From Cloacimonetes bacterium UBA5284 (GTDB lineage: Bacteria; Cloacimonadota; Cloacimonadia; Cloacimonadales; Cloacimonadaceae), in NCBI GenBank assembly GCA_002410505.1, contig DHSO01000052.1, forward strand, positions 288 through 64,287: a stretch of 64,000 nucleotides of DNA, given 5' to 3'. How positions within the stretch are numbered: position 1 is the stretch's first letter; every line of letters begins with the position of its first letter. The notes beneath the pieces were generated by a model. That model saw only the letters and a list, made by a program, of their open reading frames with translations. It ran no database searches and was not told the origin of the DNA. Shown piece by piece: positions 20,110 to 30,563 of the stretch. The position numbers and the translations under genes are program-made.

Positions 20110-22143
20110 ATGTCCTCTTTCCGGATGATTAGTGATTACGCCCCCGCCGGGGATCAACCTCAAGCCATCGATGAGCTGGTGAGCGGCATACAAAATGGTA
20201 AACAGTTCCAGGTGCTTTTGGGAGTGACAGGCAGCGGAAAAACCTTCACGATCGCCAATGTAATCCAGAAATTGAACCGCCCCACTCTGGTGCTTTCTCA
20301 CAATAAAACCCTGGCAGCTCAGCTATATGGCGAATTGAAACAACTGTTTCCGGATAACGCTGTGGAATATTTTATCTCCTATTACGATTACTATCAGCCT
20401 GAAGCCTATATACCGGGTAAAGACATCTATATCGAAAAGGATTCGGATATCAATTCCGAGATCGAAAAGCTGCGTCTGCGCGCAACCATGAGCCTGATGG
20501 AACGACGGGATGTGATCATCGTTGCCTCGGTTTCCTGCATATATGGACTGGGGGTTCCCGAAGAATACCGGGAAGCTCTCATCCGCCTGAAACGAGGTAT
20601 GCACATGGAGCGGGATGAACTTTTAAAGAAGCTTATCACTGCCCACTACTCCCGCAATGACATCGCTTTTGAGCGCGGTGCCTTCCGGGTTCGCGGAGAT
20701 ACGGTGGATATCTATCCCGCATATCTGGAACACTGTCTACGCGTGGAATTCTTTGGCGATGAAATTGTGAATCTGGAAAAGCTGCATCCCATATCTTATA
20801 AAAGCCTAGGCGCTGTGGATGAATATCCGGTGTATCCTGCCATCCATTTTATCATGAATGAAGAAAAAATGGCAGGCGCTTTACACTCTATCGAAGCCGA
20901 GATGAATCAACGGGTACAATACTATCTGGACAATCAACGCTATGTGGAAGCAGATCGCCTCAAACAACGCACAATGTTCGATATCGAGATGCTGAGAGAA
21001 CTGGGCTTTTGCAGTGGCATAGAAAACTACAGTCGTCACCTCACCGGTGCTGCGCCGGGCGAGCCTCCAAATTGCCTTTTAGACTACTTCCCCGATGATT
21101 TCCTGTTCGTAATCGACGAATCCCATGTGAGCATCCCGCAGGTTCATGGTATGTACGGCGGAGATTTTACCCGTAAAAAGAACCTCGTAGAGTACGGCTT
21201 CAGATTACCTTCCGCTTTTGACAACCGACCTCTTCGCTTCGAAGAATTCGAAGAATATCTGCACAATGTGATCTTTGTGTCTGCCACACCTGCAGATTAT
21301 GAATTGCAAAAGACCGGTGGCGAGATCGTGGAACAAGTGATCCGCCCCACTGGTCTCACCGATCCGGAGATCGAGGTCAAACCTATCAAAAATCAGGTTG
21401 ACGATCTCATCGCGCAAGCCAAAGATCGAGTGGCAAAAGGGCACAAGGTTTTGGTGATGACCCTCACCAAACGCATGGCAGAGGATCTCAGTACCTATCT
21501 GAATAAAGCCGGAATCCGCAGCAAATATCTTCACAGCGACATCGACAGCATTGGCAGGGCAAAACTCATTCGAGAGTTGAGGTTGGGAGAATTTGACGTG
21601 CTGGTAGGCGTGAACCTGCTTCGCGAAGGGCTTGATCTACCGGAAGTATCTTTAGTAGCCATTCTCGACGCGGATAAGACCGGTTTCCTTCGCTCCGCCC
21701 GATCCTTGATCCAGATTTCCGGTAGAGCCGCTCGAAACGTTGAAGGTAAAGTAGTATTTTATGCTGATGTAATCACTGATGCCATGCAGCATACTATCGA
21801 CGAAACCAACCGGCGTCGAAAAAAGCAACTGGGCTTTAATGTGACTCACAATATCACCCCCACCACGATTATGAAAACAGTAGAGCAAATCATGCAATCC
21901 ACCGCCATCGCCGAAGGTTACGAAAAGAAAGAAGAAGATGTGCAGCCTCAAAAAGAGGAATTTCAAGAATACCTCAATCTGGATTCCGTGTCCAAGGTAC
22001 TGGAGCTATTGAAAAAAGAAATGCAAAAGGCCGCAGCTAATCTGGATTTTGAACGTGCAGCAGAATTAAGAGACAGGATCTGGGAGATGGAAAACTATAG
22101 TAAAACTCCCGAGAAGGAAAATCTGAATCCAGCTGACAGCTAG
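20110..22143 (+). CDS. uvrB: excinuclease ABC subunit B
   Basis: 677 aa. Walker A GVTGSGKTFT, DESH box (VIDESHVS), helicase C region and a C-terminal UVR motif (FERAAELRDRI). AAAGGAG RBS before the ATG at 20110. Confidence 0.97.
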   Translation: MSSFRMISDYAPAGDQPQAIDELVSGIQNGKQFQVLLGVTGSGKTFTIANVIQKLNRPTLVLSHNKTLAAQLYGELKQLFPDNAVEYFISYYDYYQPEAYIPGKDIYIEKDSDINSEIEKLRLRATMSLMERRDVIIVASVSCIYGLGVPEEYREALIRLKRGMHMERDELLKKLITAHYSRNDIAFERGAFRVRGDTVDIYPAYLEHCLRVEFFGDEIVNLEKLHPISYKSLGAVDEYPVYPAIHFIMNEEKMAGALHSIEAEMNQRVQYYLDNQRYVEADRLKQRTMFDIEMLRELGFCSGIENYSRHLTGAAPGEPPNCLLDYFPDDFLFVIDESHVSIPQVHGMYGGDFTRKKNLVEYGFRLPSAFDNRPLRFEEFEEYLHNVIFVSATPADYELQKTGGEIVEQVIRPTGLTDPEIEVKPIKNQVDDLIAQAKDRVAKGHKVLVMTLTKRMAEDLSTYLNKAGIRSKYLHSDIDSIGRAKLIRELRLGEFDVLVGVNLLREGLDLPEVSLVAILDADKTGFLRSARSLIQISGRAARNVEGKVVFYADVITDAMQHTIDETNRRRKKQLGFNVTHNITPTTIMKTVEQIMQSTAIAEGYEKKEEDVQPQKEEFQEYLNLDSVSKVLELLKKEMQKAAANLDFERAAELRDRIWEMENYSKTPEKENLNPADS

Positions 22144-22274
22144 CCTCTTTCTGAATAGCAGGTTGCGATAAGACTGATCCCGAGCAACATTCTGCCATTG
22201 TCAATATATGCCTCACACTCAAACAGCCACCGCGGAGGACTATGCCTTATCCCGTGCCCAGTCCAATATGGACA

Positions 22275-22312
22275 GAAAAAGAAAGGCAGAACCGAAGCTC
22301 CGCCTTTCCTTA
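22275..22312. terminator. putative bidirectional intrinsic terminator between uvrB and hup
   Basis: GAAAGGC (22281-22287) pairs with GCCTTTC (22302-22308). The hairpin is flanked by an A-run on one side and T-rich sequence on the other, between convergent genes. Confidence 0.45.
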
Positions 22313-22334
22313 CTAGTTGTCAAAATGCTAAGTA

Positions 22335-22610
22335 TTACTTTTTGACAGCGTCTTTCAGTTTTTTACCCGCTTTGAAAACAGGAACTTTGCGTGCCGGAAT
22401 CTTCAAAGGAGCTTTGGTTTTGGGATTGATACCTTTACGAGCTTTGCGGTGTGCAACGCTGAAAGAACCAAAACCAACCAGTGAAACCTTTCCGCCCTTC
22501 TTAAGGGTCATGGTGATTCCTTCAAGAACGGATGCGAGAGCAAGGCCGGCAACTTTTTGGGTTACGCCGGCGTCGGACGCGATCTTTTTTACTAATTCAT
22601 CTCTGCTCAT
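22335..22610 (-). CDS. hup: DNA-binding protein HU
   Basis: 91 aa (MSRDELVKKIA ... GFGSFSVAHRKARKGINPKT ... PVFKAGKKLKDAV). AGGAGGTAAA RBS directly upstream of the ATG at 22610. The longer ORF start at 22739 is rejected. Confidence 0.93.
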   Translation of the reverse strand: MSRDELVKKIASDAGVTQKVAGLALASVLEGITMTLKKGGKVSLVGFGSFSVAHRKARKGINPKTKAPLKIPARKVPVFKAGKKLKDAVKK

Positions 22611-22907
22611 TTTACCTCCTCTTGTAGTTTGGATAAGCGTTAGAGATATTTCAAAGTATAGAGAATGCGATCTTGGAAATTCTGTCAACCAAAAAAATCC
22701 GTTTGTAGCCTTGATTTCAGGCATTTTGGCCCATATCAACAGGTGCGAATGATGTTATAGTATTATACGGCAGCCAGTTAGCCCATGTTTAAAATTATGC
22801 ACAAATATCCCTATTTTTTTTTATGTCAAGGCTCTAGCTCATATTTTTAGGTTGACAAAATAGGCTGATATCAGATGATGCGCATAGATTAAAAACTGGA
22901 GGATTTA

Positions 22908-24089
22908 ATGCTGAATCACAGATTTCTCGCTCTTGTCGCACTGATGGTGTTGATAATCCTGAGCGCTTGCTCCTCAAATAAACAAATAGAAGTGGAACCT
23001 GAGCCGCAAAGAGACCCGCTCGCGCTGGCGCGTGAAGCAGCCCTTGAAGGTTCAGATAACTATGATAGCGGGATGTTTGAAGCTGCTATAATGTCATTTG
23101 AAGAAGCGATCGCCCTCTTCTCTGAAGCCGCCCCCACAGCAGCTCCCGGCGATTCCATCGCTTACAACCTGGAAAGTATGCAGCTCAATATTGCCAAAAC
23201 GCATGTGGATCTCGCATACGAAAGCATCGAAGCCAGCATATTCACTGAAGCCATCCAACACTATGAAACTGCGTTAAATATCTACAAAAACCACACCCCG
23301 GTACGCATCAGTCAGGATGAGTTGGACGAATATGTGAAAGGCGCGTTAAACAATCTAGCCATCGCATCAAAAAGCTCCTACGATTTTGAAGCTGCGCTTA
23401 CTTACTACGACCAGCTTTTGGAAATGGAACCCAATAATGCCGACGTCTTAAATGCAAAGTTCTTTGTCCTGAAAGATGACATCAAGGACAACGCGCGCGC
23501 GTTCCAAGTTCTGGAAGACTACGCGACTGTATCCAATGACGCCGCAGCATACATCATGCTTGCCGAAGGTTACGCTCAATCCGGGGATATCAGCCAGGCC
23601 GAGAAAGCCTATCTGAAAGCAGAGACTTTGCGTTCCGATGCCGATATGTTTACCCGCATTGCAAATTTCTACAGGGCCAACAGCCAGTGGGAAAAAGCCA
23701 ATATATATCTGGAGAAATTGGCAGCCACCCAACCGGAAGCTTCGATTTTGGCAGTGGTCTACTCTCAGATCGGTCAGAATTACAATAAATTGAACAACCG
23801 TAGCAAGATGATCGAGTATCTGGAAAAATCCGTGAACATCAATCCGGATCCCAGAATTGCTCTTTCGATAGCCGGGCACTACAACGGCGTAAAAAGCTGG
23901 AGCAAAGTAATACAATACAGCACAATCGTTCTCAGCGCTGAACCCAACAATTCCGACGCCCGCATCTTGCGCGGTGTAGCCTACTATCAGCAAAAGAATT
24001 ATACTGCCGCGAAAGCCGACTTGGAAAGACTCACCTCCGATCCCAAATACGGAAACCAAGCCCAGGCCATATTAAAAGCGATAAAGTAA
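22908..24089 (+). CDS. TPR repeat lipoprotein
   Basis: 393 aa with lipobox LSACSS and multiple TPR-like repeats (AxxxYxxAL patterns). GGAGG RBS. Confidence 0.7.
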   Translation: MLNHRFLALVALMVLIILSACSSNKQIEVEPEPQRDPLALAREAALEGSDNYDSGMFEAAIMSFEEAIALFSEAAPTAAPGDSIAYNLESMQLNIAKTHVDLAYESIEASIFTEAIQHYETALNIYKNHTPVRISQDELDEYVKGALNNLAIASKSSYDFEAALTYYDQLLEMEPNNADVLNAKFFVLKDDIKDNARAFQVLEDYATVSNDAAAYIMLAEGYAQSGDISQAEKAYLKAETLRSDADMFTRIANFYRANSQWEKANIYLEKLAATQPEASILAVVYSQIGQNYNKLNNRSKMIEYLEKSVNINPDPRIALSIAGHYNGVKSWSKVIQYSTIVLSAEPNNSDARILRGVAYYQQKNYTAAKADLERLTSDPKYGNQAQAILKAIK

Positions 24090-24103
24090 ATAACCTATTA
24101 TCA

Positions 24104-24140
24104 GGGCGGGCGGAATGCGATTTTCGTCCGCCGCTTTTTT
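24104..24140 (+). terminator. putative intrinsic terminator after the TPR gene
   Basis: GGGCGGGCGGA ... TCCGCCGC hairpin followed by TTTTTT at 24135-24140. It ends only 3 nt before the umuD-like ATG. Confidence 0.5.
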
Positions 24141-24143
24141 ACG

Positions 24144-24590
24144 ATGAATAAACTGAAGACCGACGGCTCCATAAAAGCTGTATATAAATACAGTGAAGGC
24201 AAAAAAATATCGCGACCGATTGTAGGCGCAATCGTACCGGCCGGGTTCCCTTCTCCTGCGCAGGACTACATAGAAGGCATGCTGGACATATCGGAGCATC
24301 TCATCCGCCATCCATCATCCACATTCTTCATGTACGCGGATGGCTATTCGATGATTGGCGCGGGAATTCAGCCCGGAGACCTTTTGATCGTCGACCGAGC
24401 CATTGAAGCCAAATCCAATAAAATCATAATAGCGATAGTGGATAACGAACTTACCTTGAAGAGGTTGCGGATAGAGGACGGACAATATTGGTTAGTACCC
24501 GAAAATGAGGAATTCGAACCCATTCGCATCCATGAGGAGATGGATTTCATCGTTTGGGGAGTAGTTACTTTTGTAATCCACCAACTTTGA
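24144..24590 (+). CDS. umuD: S24 peptidase, UmuD-like (LexA C-terminal domain only, no HTH)
   Basis: 148 aa with GFPSPAQDY, DGYSMIGAGIQPGDLLIVDR (catalytic Ser) and LTLKRL (catalytic Lys). Confidence 0.82.
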   Translation: MNKLKTDGSIKAVYKYSEGKKISRPIVGAIVPAGFPSPAQDYIEGMLDISEHLIRHPSSTFFMYADGYSMIGAGIQPGDLLIVDRAIEAKSNKIIIAIVDNELTLKRLRIEDGQYWLVPENEEFEPIRIHEEMDFIVWGVVTFVIHQL

Positions 24591-27500
24591 TGATACGCGC
24601 CGTATATCTCTGCATCCTGCTATTCGCGCTTTTCTTCACATCACTTTATGCCTCCGACTTCGCATTTCAAGAAAATGTCCGGCTGATTCCCGAACAAGAC
24701 ACCTACGATCTCACACATTCCCACATCGTATCGCTATCAGAAAAAGTAAGCGGAGATTCACTGATCTACATCAAGGATGTGGACTATGCCTTTGATTATA
24801 AAGCCGGCAAGCTAATTCTGCTGAAGCACATCACTAGCCCGGTCCTATCGGTCTCTTATCTTATAATCCCTCCGCAGCTGGCATCACAACGCAGTCTCTA
24901 CGAGCGAATCGCGATCACGGACAGCCTGGATATCGTCCACCGGCAAAGCACCCGGGATTGGTTTTCGGATAGCAGTAGATTGGACATCAGCGGTAGCAAG
25001 ACCTTCTCTCTCAGCTTTTCCGAAACCGGAGATACAGACCTGTTGCAATCTTTGTATGTAAACCTCAGCGGCGAGATATCAAAAGATGTACGGATAAACG
25101 CTCAGCTATCTGACAGTCAAAGCAAACTGAGTCCAGAAGGTGACAGCAAGGAACTCTCCAGCCTGGATCAAGTATTTGTGAGAGTATATGGAAAAAAGTG
25201 GGAACTGGGAATGGGAGATCTGGATCTGCAGTATGACAACAGTCGCTATCTGAATTATCAAACCAAGCTGGAAGGGATATCCGCCTCATACACAGCAGAG
25301 CACGAAGTTTTTGCTGCATTCAGTGCTGCCAGCGGGAAAAGAGCTTTCATGCAGATCAGTATTATTGATGGAAAACAGGGGCCATATTATCTGACGGCAA
25401 ATTCAAGTCAACGCAGCTTCATCGTGATTGCGGGCACCGAACAGATCTATCTGGACGGCAAGCTGATGGAGCGTGGAAGTGATTACTACATAGATTATAG
25501 CGACGGATCGGTGATGTTTCGCCGCACTGTAAGCTCCCTGAATTCAGTGAACGCCTGGTTCGAATATTCCGATGAAAACTACAAGCAGTCCAACTACTAC
25601 AGCAGTTCAAAGCTAAACCTCCTACCCGGCCTCAGCATCAGCCATCACATGATCCATCAGGTAGATGCCAAAAATCATCCCCTGTTGTTTATTTTCAGTC
25701 CCGCAGATCTGGACAGTCTTGCCGCCGCGGGGGATGATATGGTACTCGCGGATGGAGTAATGGAAAGCGAGCCCGGAAGCGGTAATTACAAGCTGTTGTT
25801 CGACGATATGGGTATGGCATATTATGAATACGCACCGGGAGATTCCAGTGCCATTTACAACATTGTTTTTAGCTTTATGGGGGCAGGAAATGGCGACTAT
25901 GAGGAATACTCGGTGGGTAGGTTCAGATATGTGGGCATGGGCCTGGGTTCCTGGCAAGCAGTCAAAACCATCATTGCGCCGGCTACTCGCAGCAATATGG
26001 AACTAAGCCTGGATTACAGCGGCACTTTCTTGAAAAGCGGAATTGACGCTCTATACAGCTTTAACGATGCCAATACGCTTTCTTCCCACGATGATAAGGA
26101 CAATTCTGCCGGGATTGTATCTATTTGGATGGCTTTGGCAGATAGGGATCAACCTTTCAAGGCCAAGATCGATGCCAGCCACAGATTTGCCAATACCTAC
26201 AGATTTGGCAGTGACGGAGCGCCCGAACACGATTTTGCCGCCTTGGCAGATAGTGACAGCCTCCGGATGAGCAATGTAGATCTCACTTTATCATATGCGG
26301 GATCCTTGTTCAAACCGGAGTTGTTACTGCGCTATCGGGATATCAGCACTCGCTACATCCAGCGGGCCATTCGTTTTTCGTCAGACAGTGCGGCCCGGTC
26401 TTTGTTGCCATACCTGAGATTACGCAATACGATATCCGATCAGGAAGGCAAACAAAGCAGCCTACTGATGTACCACAATGCCGAATTGGGCTGGCAATAT
26501 GGTATGTTTGGTCTCAATTTTTCCGGGTTGTATTCCAGTCTGGAAGAAGACAATAGCACTCTACCGGGCACCAGATTGATCCGATGGCAACCAGGATTTG
26601 ACATAAAAAGCAAAAGCCAATTGACCACAGTATCCTATACTGAGGACAGAAACAGCATCAAAACCACAGCTTGGAAGGAGATTAATTCTCAACAGACCTA
26701 TATGCTGAAACACAGCAGCAATTTCGATAAGCACAGATTGGATATGGATTTCAGCCACCGCATCATTCACAACCGGACCAGCGATAGCAATCCCAAAAGC
26801 AATTACGATCTTTTTTCCTACCACTCCAGCCACAATCTACTGAAAGGTGCTTTCAACCTCTTTGGCAACTATCAATTGAATCAAACTGAGTTTTATCCCA
26901 AAATCCGTGAGTTGGTCTGGGTGGGACAGAGTCAGGGCATATACGACAGCACGGGAGTAGTGGTTAACGACGGTGAATATATCTACGAATACATCACCTC
27001 TCCCACGGGAAGCCTGTCTTCGGAGATATCCGCCACCGCGGGTTTGTATATTAAACCCGGCTTGTATCTCAGCGCTCCGGTCTGGCAAAGAATTCACAGC
27101 GACATCACCCTAAACGCCAATGAGCAACGCGCCCAGGGAGCAAAATGGCAGAGCTATCTCTTGTTGCCACAATACTCATACAACAATAATACTATGTATG
27201 GCCGTAGGGCGTTACTACAAAACTTTTGGCTGGATATCTACCGCGGGCGGGTGTTGGCATATCTTAGTCTGGAGCGCAATCGCAGCCTGGATCATCGTTA
27301 TCAGGAGGATGAGAAAACTAGTGAAAGTCTCGAACAGCTCCAGTTTGATTTCCGGAATTTTTACGCTGTAAACACTCGCTTCGTGCTGGCTCACCAACAG
27401 CAAAGTGAGAGCCGTTACTCCTCCGAAATCGATCTTTTAAAAGCCTCTGTATTGATGGAGAAAATCCTGAATCCCCAAAACACGATACAGGTGGAAGGGG

Positions 27501-27826
27501 GATTTGAAACAGAGCGAGGGAAGCAGCAACAACAAACAGAATCTTACGACTTGAAGCACACATACTTGTCCGGCTCTCTACGCAGTGTCTTTATGCAGAA
27601 ATACAGGATCACGTTTTCCGCCAGTCTGGGCTACAATAAGCGAGAAGGAGATTCCTTTCTGCTGTTTCTACCCCAAAAACGAGAAGGACTGTTGGCAGAT
27701 GCCAATTTATCGGCTATATATAGAATAAACGACTTCAGTTCATTCAGCCTGGAATACCGCTTCGGAAAATACCCCGAAGATGACGCTAGGCACAATCTCA
27801 AACTGGAGTTTAAGGCGGAATTATAA
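24590..27826 (+). CDS. large secreted, probable outer-membrane beta-barrel protein (hypothetical)
   Basis: 1078 aa from the ATG that overlaps the umuD stop (ATGA). Signal peptide MIRAVYLCILLFALFFTSLYA. The C-terminal half is rich in alternating aromatic/polar beta-strand-like segments. No named domain recognised. Confidence 0.5.
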   Translation: MIRAVYLCILLFALFFTSLYASDFAFQENVRLIPEQDTYDLTHSHIVSLSEKVSGDSLIYIKDVDYAFDYKAGKLILLKHITSPVLSVSYLIIPPQLASQRSLYERIAITDSLDIVHRQSTRDWFSDSSRLDISGSKTFSLSFSETGDTDLLQSLYVNLSGEISKDVRINAQLSDSQSKLSPEGDSKELSSLDQVFVRVYGKKWELGMGDLDLQYDNSRYLNYQTKLEGISASYTAEHEVFAAFSAASGKRAFMQISIIDGKQGPYYLTANSSQRSFIVIAGTEQIYLDGKLMERGSDYYIDYSDGSVMFRRTVSSLNSVNAWFEYSDENYKQSNYYSSSKLNLLPGLSISHHMIHQVDAKNHPLLFIFSPADLDSLAAAGDDMVLADGVMESEPGSGNYKLLFDDMGMAYYEYAPGDSSAIYNIVFSFMGAGNGDYEEYSVGRFRYVGMGLGSWQAVKTIIAPATRSNMELSLDYSGTFLKSGIDALYSFNDANTLSSHDDKDNSAGIVSIWMALADRDQPFKAKIDASHRFANTYRFGSDGAPEHDFAALADSDSLRMSNVDLTLSYAGSLFKPELLLRYRDISTRYIQRAIRFSSDSAARSLLPYLRLRNTISDQEGKQSSLLMYHNAELGWQYGMFGLNFSGLYSSLEEDNSTLPGTRLIRWQPGFDIKSKSQLTTVSYTEDRNSIKTTAWKEINSQQTYMLKHSSNFDKHRLDMDFSHRIIHNRTSDSNPKSNYDLFSYHSSHNLLKGAFNLFGNYQLNQTEFYPKIRELVWVGQSQGIYDSTGVVVNDGEYIYEYITSPTGSLSSEISATAGLYIKPGLYLSAPVWQRIHSDITLNANEQRAQGAKWQSYLLLPQYSYNNNTMYGRRALLQNFWLDIYRGRVLAYLSLERNRSLDHRYQEDEKTSESLEQLQFDFRNFYAVNTRFVLAHQQQSESRYSSEIDLLKASVLMEKILNPQNTIQVEGGFETERGKQQQQTESYDLKHTYLSGSLRSVFMQKYRITFSASLGYNKREGDSFLLFLPQKREGLLADANLSAIYRINDFSSFSLEYRFGKYPEDDARHNLKLEFKAEL

Positions 27827-27827
27827 A

Positions 27828-28601
27828 ATGACCTTCACTCTTGCTCCACTGGATTATGCCATAGTCTTGCCCTTCATATATTTGGCGGGCTTCATTGATG
27901 CAATTGCCGGAGGTGGCGGATTGATATCACTGCCGGCTTATTGGAGCGTTGGGATACCGCCCCACATGGCTTTGGGAACAAATAAGTTCTCCTCCTGCTG
28001 CGGCACAGTGTTTAGCACCACCCGATACTTCCGGGCCGGGATGATCGATGTACCGGTGGCCCTGCTCAGCGCTCTAATGGCCCTGTTTGGCTCCTGGCTG
28101 GGCGCCAGCACAGCACTGATACTGTCGGCAAAATTCTTGAACTATCTACTCATTGTCCTCATTCCGGCAATTACAGTAATCACCTTAGTCCGCAAGCAAT
28201 TGGGATCCACAGACAATGCTCATCTACTCAAGCTGAGTTACAGACTGGTCCTGGCTACCGCTGCGGGATTGGTGGTTGGCTTTTACGATGGATTTTTCGG
28301 ACCGGGAACGGGAACATTTCTGATCCTCATCTATTCCGCATTGCTGCATTATGACTTCGTGCGAGCCAATGGTAACTCCAAAGTTGTGAACCTGGCGTCG
28401 AACGTTGCGGCCCTCATCACTTTCGCCAGAGCAGGAGTAATCTTCTATCCCCTGGCCATTCCCGCAGCTGTATGCGGAATTGCCGGGAATCTAATTGGAT
28501 CCAGAATGGTCATACTGCGAGGCAATAAAGTCATCCGAAAGGTTTTCATCCTGGCGTTGATCTTGCTGCTGGGCAGAGTATTGTACAATATCATCAATTG
28601 A
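27828..28601 (+). CDS. TauE/SafE family sulfite/anion exporter (DUF81)
   Basis: 257 aa, polytopic, with the duplicated GGGL / GPGTGTF motifs typical of the TauE/SafE family. Confidence 0.82.
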   Translation: MTFTLAPLDYAIVLPFIYLAGFIDAIAGGGGLISLPAYWSVGIPPHMALGTNKFSSCCGTVFSTTRYFRAGMIDVPVALLSALMALFGSWLGASTALILSAKFLNYLLIVLIPAITVITLVRKQLGSTDNAHLLKLSYRLVLATAAGLVVGFYDGFFGPGTGTFLILIYSALLHYDFVRANGNSKVVNLASNVAALITFARAGVIFYPLAIPAAVCGIAGNLIGSRMVILRGNKVIRKVFILALILLLGRVLYNIIN

Positions 28602-28907
28602 GAGCCCTTATAGAATTGCCACATTGAAGCATCGGCTAGAGTTTTCTTGGGGTTCCGGTGGCTGCCGCCTGCGCTGATAGTGAGAAATAAATGAGCAATA
28701 ATCGGGAGATGAAATATAATATACAATGGTGAACCGAAACTTCAAATCCGTTTCCCCCAACTCTTGAGCTATGGAAGATTGTCACTGCTAGTATATATTA
28801 TTCAAAGAGATAACTTTGCTTACTAAGCGACTTTCACAAATTATGTCTAGTTTGTTGATTATTATACACTAAGGAATAATTTATCGCCGCAAACAGAATC
28901 TTTGGTG

Positions 28908-28937
28908 TTGACACGTTCACTACACACCGATTATATT
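28908..28937 (+). promoter_or_regulatory. candidate sigma70-type promoter for the nqr operon
   Basis: TTGACA at 28908-28913, an 18-nt spacer, then TATATT at 28932-28937, about 30 nt upstream of the nqrB ATG in an AT-rich 370-bp intergenic region. Confidence 0.4.
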
Positions 28938-28968
28938 GTAATAAACGAAATTGAAGGAAAGTCTTTGT

Positions 28969-29892
28969 ATGTTTGAAAGAATCCTGAAGCAGCAGATGAT
29001 GAACCGAGTGCTTTACTCGTTGATTCCGATTACGCTGTTTGCCGTATTCCTATTCGGCTGGAGGGTGCTCGCCATAGTAGCAGTGGCAAATATCGCTGCA
29101 TTCATCAGTGAATATATCTTTGTAAGAAACAAGAAGCCGGGCAAGGTCTCGATGGCAGCGTTTGTAACTGCCAGTTTGGTCGCGCTCACTCTTCCACCCA
29201 GCATTCCACTCTGGATGTCCGCGCTGGCAGCAGTGATATCCATTGTCTTTGGTAAAATGGTTTTCGGCGGTTTTGGCACCAATGTATTCAATCCCGCCAT
29301 ATTGGGGCGCACCTTTGTGTATATATCATTCCCAAATCAGATGACGATCTCCTGGCTGAAACCCTATGTATTGAGTGATTTTCCCGGTGGTTTTGCGCGC
29401 TGGACAGTGGATAGTTCCATGCAGACGGGTGCAACGATCCTGAACAGCTTTCGTGCCAGCGGAGAGGCAATCTACAGTATGGGAGATGCCTTCAGCGGAT
29501 TTGTCTCCGGATCAGCGGGAGAGACCTCTGCTCTATTGATCATTCTGGCGGGAATATATCTGATCATTACAAAGACAGCCAAGTGGCAGCCCATGCTGGC
29601 CACCATTGTATCGCTGGGTATTTTTACCTGGATCTATTATCCCTCCGAAAATCCTTTGTATTTCATTCTCAGCGGGGGCGCGATGTTTGGGATAGTATTT
29701 ATGGTCACAGATCCTGTATCTTCACCCAAGGGCAACTGGGGAATCTGGATCTATGGCTTGTTGATCGGCTTCCTCACGGTCTTCATCCGCCGCTTCTCGC
29801 TGTTTGCCGAGGGCTTTATGTTTGCTTTGTTATTAACGAACGCTCTTATGCCGCTGATTGAATACTCTCTGGAGAAGGTGGGCAAGAAATGA
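28969..29892 (+). CDS. nqrB: NqrB/RnfD-family membrane subunit
   Basis: 307 aa, polytopic. Putative flavinylation motif TGAT (MQTGATIL) and the SGSAGETSAL motif. AAGGAAA RBS before the ATG at 28969. Confidence 0.85.
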   Translation: MFERILKQQMMNRVLYSLIPITLFAVFLFGWRVLAIVAVANIAAFISEYIFVRNKKPGKVSMAAFVTASLVALTLPPSIPLWMSALAAVISIVFGKMVFGGFGTNVFNPAILGRTFVYISFPNQMTISWLKPYVLSDFPGGFARWTVDSSMQTGATILNSFRASGEAIYSMGDAFSGFVSGSAGETSALLIILAGIYLIITKTAKWQPMLATIVSLGIFTWIYYPSENPLYFILSGGAMFGIVFMVTDPVSSPKGNWGIWIYGLLIGFLTVFIRRFSLFAEGFMFALLLTNALMPLIEYSLEKVGKK

Positions 29893-30563
29893 AAGACAGC
29901 TTCATCTTCCCCATCATCTTCATGCTGATTCTGGTGCTGATCTTCACCGGTATCATCAGTGTGATGTATCGCCTTAGTGAGGCCAGGATTGAAGCCTACA
30001 AAACCGAAACCTACGAGCGACGCATTCTCGGCACTTTGGCCCAAAAGATAGCGGAAACAGAGCAGAGCTCTCCGGAAGATATCATTGCAGCATATCCGGA
30101 ATCCTTTCACACATATGTAAGGGAAATCAAAGACGATTCTTTTGAGCGCAAAGTGTATAAAGCTGTTGTAAGTGACAGCACCGTAGCCTATTGCTTCGAG
30201 ATCGGCGGGAAAGGTCTTTGGGGCACCATGCAGGCATTGGTATCCACCAGCACAGATTTCCGCACTATTCTCAGCTTTGCTATCGTAGATCAAAAAGAAA
30301 CACCCGGTTTGGGCGCTCGCATCGAAGAAGACTGGTTTCTGAATCAATTCAGCAACCGGCTCTTTGTAGTGAATCCAAAATCCACTGAAGATGTTACCCA
30401 AAGTTATGAATTCATCGCCGAAACGCAAAGCCCGGAAAACGATCGTCAATTGAGACGCGTAACCGGAGCAACCATTACTTCCGATTCGGTTATCAAGATG
30501 TTACGAGACGAATTTAACTATATCTACAAGTACTACGGAACCACAGCATATGAAAAAGACTGA
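29889..30563 (+). CDS. nqrC: NqrC/RnfG-family FMN-binding subunit
   Basis: 224 aa with one N-terminal TM helix and an FMN-binding domain carrying the flavinylation motif TGATITS. ATGA overlap with nqrB. Confidence 0.85.
   Translation: MKDSFIFPIIFMLILVLIFTGIISVMYRLSEARIEAYKTETYERRILGTLAQKIAETEQSSPEDIIAAYPESFHTYVREIKDDSFERKVYKAVVSDSTVAYCFEIGGKGLWGTMQALVSTSTDFRTILSFAIVDQKETPGLGARIEEDWFLNQFSNRLFVVNPKSTEDVTQSYEFIAETQSPENDRQLRRVTGATITSDSVIKMLRDEFNYIYKYYGTTAYEKD

Noticed and set aside
22198-22752. 184-aa plus-strand ORF overlapping hup
   Set aside because: It is antisense to a textbook HU gene that has a strong RBS. The translation is low-complexity with no motif, so it is treated as a shadow ORF.
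23448-24059. 203-aa minus-strand ORF inside the TPR lipoprotein gene
   Set aside because: It is an antisense shadow of a repeat-rich CDS. The translation is Gly/Val/Phe-rich with no motif.
29751-30449. 232-aa minus-strand ORF across nqrB/nqrC
   Set aside because: It is antisense to two motif-supported Nqr subunits and has no independent support.
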